64,000 nt of DNA from Methanomassiliicoccaceae archaeon (lineage in GTDB: Archaea > Thermoplasmatota > Thermoplasmata > Methanomassiliicoccales > UBA472), in NCBI GenBank assembly GCA_963751645.1, contig CAVVVD010000007.1, positions 12,330 through 76,329 on the forward strand, in the 5' to 3' direction. Below are positions 57,591-64,000 of this stretch, piece by piece (position 1 is the stretch's first letter; each line of letters starts with the position of its first letter). Made by a program: the position numbers and the translations under genes. The notes beneath the pieces were generated by a model. That model was given only the letters and a program-made list of their open reading frames with translations. It did not search any database and was not told where the DNA came from.

Positions 57591-57602
57591 TCTTATTTAA
57601 AG
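57591..57602 (+). promoter_or_regulatory. TATA-box-like element upstream of the thermosome gene
   Basis: 'TCTTATTTAAAG', about 50 nt upstream of the ATG at 57649. A second candidate, 'CATTATAC', lies at 57621-57628. Confidence 0.35.
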
Positions 57603-57648
57603 AACAATGATATTCTGCCTCATTATACGATTCACAGGGGAATGACAA

Positions 57649-59256
57649 ATGGCTGCAAAGAACCCAACAGTATATGTCCTCAAGGAGGGCACTAGCAGGA
57701 CAAGGGGCAAGAGCGCCCAGCACGAGAACTTCCGGGCCGCCCGGCTCATCGCATCGTTGGTGAGGACCACAATGGGCCCGAGGGGCATGGACAAGATGCT
57801 GGTCAATACCGTCGGAGACATGCAGATCACCAACGACGGGGCCACCATCCTCAGCGAGCTTGAGCTCAGCCATCCCGCCGCAAAGATGATGGTGGAGGTG
57901 GCAAAGACCATGGACACGGAGTGTGGCGACGGGACCACATCGGCCGTCGTACTGGCCGGAGAGCTACTGAAGATGGCCGACGAACTGATCGAAAAGAACG
58001 TCCACCCCACCGTCATCTCCAACGGCTACCGCATGGCCGAGGAGAAGGCGCTGGAAGATCTGGACTCACTCACGATCCCGGTCAAGTACGATGACGTCAA
58101 AACGATGACCAGGATAGCGGCCACCGCCATGATGAGCAAGGCAGTGACCGGAGACAGGCAGCACCTCGCCAACATAGCCGTCGAGGCCGTCCGCTTGATC
58201 GCGGAACAGCGCAATGGCAAACGCATAGTCAACCTCAGGGACGTCCAGATCGTGAAGCGCCAAGGGGCCACGACCTTGGAGACAGAGTTCGTCAAGGGGG
58301 TCATCATCGACCGTGAGCCGGTCTCGCGGGCCATGCCCACCAAGATCGAGGGGGCCCGTATCGCACTCATCAGTGGACCGATGGAGGTCGCCAAGACCCA
58401 AGTCGACGAGTTCGTGGAGGTCTCCGACCCAGACGAGCTGAACGCCTTCATCAGGGAGGAGGAATCCATGCTCCGCAAGCAGGTGGAGATGGTCAAGGCG
58501 TGCAAGGCCAACGTCATTTTCTGCGGCAAGGGCATCGACGACAGGATCCAGTACGACCTGGCAGTCGCCGGTGTGCTCGCCTTCCGTAAGATCAGCGAAG
58601 GGGACCTGGACATGCTGGCCAAGGCCACGGGCGCCGATATCGTCACCAAACCGGATGAGCTTGAGGCCAAGGGCTTGGGAGAGGCGGAGATGGTGGACGT
58701 GAGGGAGTACGGGGAAAAGGAGCTGGCCTTCGTGACCGGGTGCAAGAATCCCAAGGCGGTCTCCATCTTCATCAGGGGCACTACCACCCAGGTCTCCGAT
58801 GAGACCGAAAGGTCGCTCAACGATGCGCTGAGCGTTGTACGCCTGGTCATCGAGGATGGCAAGATGACCGTAGGTGGAGGGGCCACAGCGATGGAGCTGT
58901 CCATGAGGCTGCGCGATTACGCCTCGAGCGTGGGGACCAGAGAGCAGATGGCCATCAGGTTGTACGCTGATGCCCTCGAGGTCATCCCGATCGCGTTGGC
59001 GGAGAACGCCGGACGGGACCGGGTCAATGCCTTGATCGACCTGCGAAAAGCGCACAAGAACGGAGAGGTCCATGCAGGCCTGGATGTGTTCACCGGCGTG
59101 GTCGTGGACATGAAAGAGATGGAGGTCCTCGAACCTTATAAGGTCGCCAGGCAGACCCTCATATCCGCCACGGAGCTCGCTGTGATGCTGGTCCGCATAG
59201 ATAGCGTGATCGCGGCAAAGGGGGCCCCAGAGGACTCCCAACCATTGGGGCTCTGA
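57649..59256 (+). CDS. ths: thermosome subunit (group II chaperonin)
   Basis: 'GPRGMDKML', 'ITNDGATIL', '[16 protein letters not shown]', '[10 protein letters not shown]'. 535 aa. Confidence 0.95.
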   Translation: MAAKNPTVYVLKEGTSRTRGKSAQHENFRAARLIASLVRTTMGPRGMDKMLVNTVGDMQITNDGATILSELELSHPAAKMMVEVAKTMDTECGDGTTSAVVLAGELLKMADELIEKNVHPTVISNGYRMAEEKALEDLDSLTIPVKYDDVKTMTRIAATAMMSKAVTGDRQHLANIAVEAVRLIAEQRNGKRIVNLRDVQIVKRQGATTLETEFVKGVIIDREPVSRAMPTKIEGARIALISGPMEVAKTQVDEFVEVSDPDELNAFIREEESMLRKQVEMVKACKANVIFCGKGIDDRIQYDLAVAGVLAFRKISEGDLDMLAKATGADIVTKPDELEAKGLGEAEMVDVREYGEKELAFVTGCKNPKAVSIFIRGTTTQVSDETERSLNDALSVVRLVIEDGKMTVGGGATAMELSMRLRDYASSVGTREQMAIRLYADALEVIPIALAENAGRDRVNALIDLRKAHKNGEVHAGLDVFTGVVVDMKEMEVLEPYKVARQTLISATELAVMLVRIDSVIAAKGAPEDSQPLGL

Positions 59257-59266
59257 CGAAACCTTT

Positions 59267-59740
59267 TCAACCAAGGCCTTGACAACCTCGACCGGCCGTC
59301 GAGGCCTTCGATCTTTTGATCAGAGGGTGTTCCAGATCGATGCAGTAGCCCACCCCGTCGTCCTCGTCCTGGTCTATCCAATGCCCGAAGTCCTCGAGAA
59401 GGATCAGGTCCAGGTGCGTCTCGCGACGGATCTCCTTCAGACCCTCATAGCCCTGAGGCGACCTCACGCCCCTACCGAAGTCCGACCCCAGGCGATAAGA
59501 TCCCCAAGTTGTGCGGTTGCAAGGGCAATTGGAATATAGGCAGCGGGAACCCTCCGAGCAATGGCCCCCGTCGATGAAAAGGTTGGTCCGAAGAGGTGCA
59601 TTCGACCCTGCCGAGAAGAATGCCAGTTGCTTCGTGGCCCTACATATCCCAAGGCTCACATGCCTGCTCGCCTCGCCAAGGTCTAGACCGTAGGCACCAA
59701 GGAACCAAACTATGCCATAGCCTCCATCCTTGATCTCCAT
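59267..59740 (-). CDS. hypothetical protein
   Basis: 157-aa ORF convergent with ths. No family recognised. Confidence 0.35.
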   Translation of the reverse strand: MEIKDGGYGIVWFLGAYGLDLGEASRHVSLGICRATKQLAFFSAGSNAPLRTNLFIDGGHCSEGSRCLYSNCPCNRTTWGSYRLGSDFGRGVRSPQGYEGLKEIRRETHLDLILLEDFGHWIDQDEDDGVGYCIDLEHPLIKRSKASTAGRGCQGLG

Positions 59741-59890
59741 GACCTACCTCTCACAGCGACCTTGTCTTATCAGTTATTAATGGATTTTGCGCTTTTTCGT
59801 CGGACCCCGGGAAAGACCGACATGACCGCCCGGGGAACATTCGATGACCTCTCAGGGAATAGATAATAACATTCTGTTCCGAATGATGTC

Positions 59891-60355
59891 ATGATGATCA
59901 TGACCGAAGTGAACATCATCAACACGACCGAACAGTCAGCCCTCAGCATCAGGGGGAAGGTGAAGATGGCTGATATCTCCCAGTACATGGGCAAGGTATA
60001 TGGAGAGCTCATGATGGAGATGAGGAGGAACGGTTGGCAGGGGAGCGGACCACCATTCGCCTACTATCATTCCTGGGTAGGGGATGAGATCGATGTGGAT
60101 TGCGGCATCCCGGTTAACAGTGCGACGGCTGGCTCGGGAAGGGTCCGACGTTTTACTCTGCCAGCTGTCCGAGCGGCACGAACCGTGCACATCGGGCCAT
60201 ATATGGACATAGGGAAGACCTACCAGACCTTGGAGAGGTGGATCAGGGACCATGGCCACGAACCGGCCGATAATATGTGGGAGAGCTATCTGAACGATCC
60301 TGCAGAGGTACTGCCCGAGAAGTTGATGACGGAGATCTTCTGGCCCATAAAGTGA
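59891..60355 (+). CDS. GyrI-like small-molecule-binding domain protein
   Basis: 'ALSIRGKVKMADISQYMGKVYGEL', 'GPPFAYYH', 'WESYLNDPAEV...TEIFWPI'. Confidence 0.65.
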   Translation: MMIMTEVNIINTTEQSALSIRGKVKMADISQYMGKVYGELMMEMRRNGWQGSGPPFAYYHSWVGDEIDVDCGIPVNSATAGSGRVRRFTLPAVRAARTVHIGPYMDIGKTYQTLERWIRDHGHEPADNMWESYLNDPAEVLPEKLMTEIFWPIK

Positions 60356-60467
60356 CCGTTCCATCATACGGGCTACTCTGACCGCCATTCCGGGATCATC
60401 GGTGTCTCTTAGGAAGGCCCAAAGGTTAATCTCGGATAATGTGAGATAGATACCTAGGGCGGTGGAA

Positions 60468-61232
60468 ATGAAGGCCATTTGGAATGGTGCGGTCTCCTTC
60501 GGTCTGGTCAACATACCGGTAAAGCTCTATGCGGCGGTGGAGCAGCGACCAGTGACATTCAAGCTCCTGCATGAGAAAGATGGCTCCCCTATCGAGTATC
60601 GTCGATGGTGCACCAAGGGTGAGCACGAGGTGCCTTGGAACGAGGTGGCAAAGGGGGTGGACCTAGGTGAGGGGGCGTTCTATGTGTTCTCGAAACAGGA
60701 GCTGGCTACACTCAAGCCGAAGAAGACCGATCTCATAGAGATCGTGCAGTTCGTGGACAAGGGCTCGCTCGACCGAGTGTACGTGGACGCACATTACTAT
60801 CTGGGACCGGAGAAGCCAGGGTTGAAGGCGTTCTTCCTTTTACAGGAGACGCTGACTAGGACCCAGAAGATGGCCATCGGCAGTTTCGTGATGAGAGAGC
60901 GCGAATATGTCTGTGGCATCGAGCCCTATGGGCCAGGGCTGCTTCTGACCACTCTGAACTATGTTGACGAGGTGCGTTCGATGGAGTCCATCCCTGACCT
61001 TCAGGAACGACCGGATCTCCGTACGCAGGAGATCGAGCTGGCGGAGCAGTTGATCGAGAGGCTTACTGTGAAGTCCCTTGACATGTCGCGATTCAAGGAC
61101 AGATATCACGACAACCTCAAGGAGGCCATCGAGAAGAGGGATGCGAAGCACCTTGTGACCGTGGAGGAAGAGGTAAAGGCCACGCCTGAGGCCAACCTCC
61201 TCGACGCCCTCAAGGCCAGCCTGGAGAGCTAG
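60468..61232 (+). CDS. ku: Ku protein (prokaryotic NHEJ DNA-end-binding)
   Basis: 'MKAIWNGAVSFGLVNIPVKLYAA' is the canonical bacterial-type Ku N-terminus, and the protein of about 255 aa has the Ku core length. GTG at 60462, ATG at 60468. Confidence 0.9.
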   Translation: MKAIWNGAVSFGLVNIPVKLYAAVEQRPVTFKLLHEKDGSPIEYRRWCTKGEHEVPWNEVAKGVDLGEGAFYVFSKQELATLKPKKTDLIEIVQFVDKGSLDRVYVDAHYYLGPEKPGLKAFFLLQETLTRTQKMAIGSFVMREREYVCGIEPYGPGLLLTTLNYVDEVRSMESIPDLQERPDLRTQEIELAEQLIERLTVKSLDMSRFKDRYHDNLKEAIEKRDAKHLVTVEEEVKATPEANLLDALKASLES

Positions 61233-62156
61233 ATGTTTCAGGCCATGCTTGCCTTCCCTGGTAGGAAGGAGGACCTTGACAGGGAGGGTCTCGTATACGA
61301 GCCCAAGCTCGACGGCACGAGAGCCATATGTTACAAGGAAGGGAAGGTCAGGTACATCAATCGTCGCGACAGGGATATCACTGCACGTTATCCAGAACTG
61401 CAAACATCATCGAACATTCTTGCTGAGACCTGTGTCCTGGACGGGGAGATAGTCGTTTTTGACAAGGAGGGCAACCCTTCCTTCCACCTTCTGCAGAAAC
61501 GTGAGCAGGCCTCACCATCGGTCTATCATCTCCGCAGTGGACAACATCCAGCCACCTACGTCGTGTTCGACGTCCTAAGCGTCGATGGGCGAGACCTGAC
61601 CTCGCTTGCGCTGAGCGAGCGGCGCAGAGTGCTGGAAAGAATGGTCGTCGATGGACCGTTCATTAGAAAGATCGTGCAGACCGCAGATGGAAGGAAACTC
61701 TGGGACCTCATCGTGGAACGAGGGGTGGAGGGTGTGATGGCCAAATCGACCGATGGCAGGTACGAACAAGGCGTAAGGTCGAAACTATGGCTCAAGATCA
61801 AGACCACCCTCACCGCGGACTGCGTCATCGTAGGCTATACTCACGAGAAACGGGCCCTTTCGTCATTGGCCCTCGGGCTTTACGATGGTGGTGACCTGGT
61901 CTATGTCGGGAGGGTAGGAACTGGTTTCACCGAGGAATTCCTCGATCAAATGATCAAAGTGCTGGAGCCCTTGAGGGTGGCCACTCCATCGGTGACGATC
62001 GTTCCTGAGCACGAGATCGTTTGGGTCAGACCGGAGCTGGTCTGTGCCGTGGAGTTCCTAGAGCTCACCATGCACGGACATCTACGCGCGCCCTCGTTCC
62101 GTGGGCTCCGGGATGACAAGCCACCGAATGACTGTGGTATGGACCAGGTCCTTTAG
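61233..62156 (+). CDS. ATP-dependent DNA ligase (LigD ligase-domain type)
   Basis: Adenylation motif I 'EPKLDGTRA', motif III 'VFDVL', motif IV 'EGVMAK' and motif V 'LWLKIK', with an OB domain following. The ATG directly abuts the Ku stop (TAGATG). Confidence 0.9.
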   Translation: MFQAMLAFPGRKEDLDREGLVYEPKLDGTRAICYKEGKVRYINRRDRDITARYPELQTSSNILAETCVLDGEIVVFDKEGNPSFHLLQKREQASPSVYHLRSGQHPATYVVFDVLSVDGRDLTSLALSERRRVLERMVVDGPFIRKIVQTADGRKLWDLIVERGVEGVMAKSTDGRYEQGVRSKLWLKIKTTLTADCVIVGYTHEKRALSSLALGLYDGGDLVYVGRVGTGFTEEFLDQMIKVLEPLRVATPSVTIVPEHEIVWVRPELVCAVEFLELTMHGHLRAPSFRGLRDDKPPNDCGMDQVL

Positions 62157-62191
62157 GGCATTCCCTTGAGGGGGATGTTATTCATGACCCA

Positions 62192-62572
62192 CTATGGTCT
62201 TTCCACCATCATCGCGTCTGGGAACATCTCCATCGCACCGAACATGTTACCCTCGGTGTCCAAGAAGTAGATGAGCCAGCCGATCTTGGGGACCTCCATT
62301 TTGGGCACCACCACATTTCCACCGTTCTCCATTATGGATGTTATCGTGTCATCGATGGACCTTACGCTGATCGTGTTCACCACCTTGGCGGTCGGGTCGG
62401 CCCTGGGCATGATGGCCCCATCGATGCCTGGTTCGGCCTTCTCCCCGGTCATCGCTAACCAATATTTCTGGTCGCCCCACTGCTGGAACTTCCATCCGAA
62501 GACCTCCTTGTAGAAATTCATCGCTCTCTCTGGCTCATCGGCGTTTATCTCAAAATGTGCCACCTTGGACAT
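62192..62572 (-). CDS. VOC/glyoxalase-family protein
   Basis: ATG at 62572. 'VAHFEINADEPERAMNFYKEVFGW', 'YFLDTEGNMFG'. Confidence 0.7.
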   Translation of the reverse strand: MSKVAHFEINADEPERAMNFYKEVFGWKFQQWGDQKYWLAMTGEKAEPGIDGAIMPRADPTAKVVNTISVRSIDDTITSIMENGGNVVVPKMEVPKIGWLIYFLDTEGNMFGAMEMFPDAMMVERP

Positions 62573-62645
62573 TCTTCCACCTTTTAGGGTGATAACAAGT
62601 GTCACGGAGGGGTATTAATAGATTACAAATGGAAAATGCGCCCAT

Positions 62646-63125
62646 TCATTTCGGACGTTCACAAGTCAATTCGATCGTGCCCATCTTAGAGGGTATCTTT
62701 GCGATGCCGAACCAAAATTCCTCGATCATCCGGAGCTTTCTCTCCAGTTGTTCGAGGCCGATCGGTTTGGTGACATAACAATTGGCACAAGAACTGTAAG
62801 CGTTCTTAATGTCCTCTGGAGCTTCGGATCCCGTGAAGACGATGACCGGGATCATCTTCAGGACAGGATTGCCCTTGATCTCCTTGAGGGCATCGTGCCC
62901 GCCCATTCTAGGCAGGGTCAGGTCAAGTATGATGATGTCCGGTTTGACAGAGTTATGATACTTGTTCTTCCGTCCTAGGAATTCGATCGCCTCGATACCA
63001 TCCATGACTACGTCTAGATGGGTGGAGAATCTAGAGCCCGAAAGGACCTCCTTCATCAACATGATATCCCCAGAATTATCCTCGACCAGTAATATGTTGA
63101 ACATTGCGTGGTCTTTAACGGACAT
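62646..63125 (-). CDS. single-domain response regulator (receiver)
   Basis: 'ILLVEDNSGD', phospho-acceptor 'IIILDLTLP', 'VIVFTGS', 'CYVTKP'. Confidence 0.8.
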   Translation of the reverse strand: MSVKDHAMFNILLVEDNSGDIMLMKEVLSGSRFSTHLDVVMDGIEAIEFLGRKNKYHNSVKPDIIILDLTLPRMGGHDALKEIKGNPVLKMIPVIVFTGSEAPEDIKNAYSSCANCYVTKPIGLEQLERKLRMIEEFWFGIAKIPSKMGTIELTCERPK

Positions 63126-63344
63126 TGATATCCCTCGCTTATCTGTTAGGAGTAGGATATTATGATTTGCCTTCGATCGACCCGACGGTTTTTCATCCCG
63201 ATCCCATATAGAAATTTTATCGGGGTTAATATAATAAGTTGATTTTTAGATGTACTTTAGTCATTGTTTAGATGTTATTTAGAAATGTACCTAAATGGGG
63301 CACCTCTCTGTTCTTCTTAGTTAGTTATCATAGGGGAGGAAATT

Positions 63345-63818
63345 ATGGATATCAATACAGGCAAGATGTACTTGATAGTCGAGAGGGCGCCAGTGAGCAC
63401 GCACAGGGCGTTGAGGAAGGAGATGACAAGGGGGAAGAAGGTCCTGTACATTTCCAAGGTCCCTCCGCATGTGTTGCGCAATCAATTCGATTTCGACGAG
63501 GAGAGCTTGCAGATCCGTTGGCTGAACATCCGTCCGAACGATGATTGCATCCCACCGATGAACCTTGAGAAGATGGAAAGCGAGATCGAACAGTTCCTTG
63601 CAGAGAATCACAATGGGATCATATGCTTGAACGGGATGGAGGTCCTGGAGATGTGGAACGGTTTGGCCTCGGTAGTGAACATGCTTAAGAAGGCCCAACG
63701 GTCCGTCAGGATCACAGACAACACCATAGTGGTGAGCCTAGACCCGAAGAAGCTGTTCTGGAACGACATCTCCTCCCTCAAGAGGATATCAGATGATGTG
63801 GTGATGTGCACTGGCTGA
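63345..63818 (+). CDS. DUF835-like protein
   Basis: 'MYLIVERAP...KKVLYISKVPP...IRWLN...IICLNGMEVLEMWNG' follows the DUF835 pattern. Confidence 0.5.
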   Translation: MDINTGKMYLIVERAPVSTHRALRKEMTRGKKVLYISKVPPHVLRNQFDFDEESLQIRWLNIRPNDDCIPPMNLEKMESEIEQFLAENHNGIICLNGMEVLEMWNGLASVVNMLKKAQRSVRITDNTIVVSLDPKKLFWNDISSLKRISDDVVMCTG

Positions 63819-64000
63819 GGCCATACAGGAAATGACACCCCCGAAAAGGAGACGTAGGAAAGAATTACCCACAGGACCGGTGGATCTTAGGGGAGGCACT
63901 GGTCCTGCTCATCATTCATATAATCCCATCCCGGGGCCGTTATCCCCAATAATTTTAAACGACCCCACCCTTTTTCTTTGATCGATTGAGATCGCTCGAT

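Noticed and set aside
58026-59274. Long antisense ORFs (292 and 402 aa) opposite the thermosome gene
   Set aside because: The thermosome frame has unmistakable group II chaperonin motifs. The antisense translations are low-complexity (Ser/Leu/Arg/Gly-rich), as is typical of GC-rich antisense frames. The same applies to 16203..16904 and 16676..17092 (opposite ftsZ), 37200..37796 and 37541..38158 (opposite ppk2), and 11333..11680.
61230-61235. The Ku stop TAG is in frame with the ligase ATG, so amber (pyrrolysine) read-through could make a Ku-ligase fusion
   Set aside because: TAG is used as the terminator by about 20 of the 66 genes in this window, so it behaves as an ordinary stop. No pyl genes or PYLIS-like context are visible. 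Kept only as a curiosity.

Overview
This 64-kb window is a chromosomal segment from a moderately GC-rich archaeon. The archaeal call rests on a TATA-binding protein, a thermosome, aTrm56, FtsZ, and AT-rich TATA-type promoters with mostly short or absent leaders. Two URO-D-family (MtaA/MtbA-like) methyltransferases plus DUF1638 hint at a Thermoplasmata/Methanomassiliicoccales-like methylotroph, but that is inference only.

I call about 66 protein-coding genes, mostly housekeeping, redox or transport, and two tRNAs: Asn-GUU and a CAU-anticodon Met/Ile2. I saw no rRNA, CRISPR array, transposase or integrase.

Main observations:
1. A low-GC island at about 45.7-50.6 kb carries an effector-less STAND ATPase (AAA_16 + TPR), an unknown 178-aa protein and a cytoplasmic papain-family peptidase. 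This is my best candidate for an undescribed NLR-like conflict or regulated-proteolysis system.
2. A bacterial-type Ku plus ATP-dependent ligase pair (minimal NHEJ), which is rare in Archaea.
3. Two paralogous giant beta-helix/Ig-like surface proteins. One is intact (1383 aa) and carries a 99.4%-identical 534-bp in-frame tandem duplication. The other is broken by at least 8 frame changes.
4. About 17 frame breaks concentrated in 7 genes, nearly all at short G/C runs. These are either homopolymer sequencing errors or real decay.
5. TAG terminates about 20 of the 66 genes, which argues against amber reassignment.
6. Several small operator-like repeats and a tRNA 3'-half-like relic.

All coordinates and counts were derived by hand from the sequence and the ORF track. 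Family assignments come from motif recognition, not database searches.
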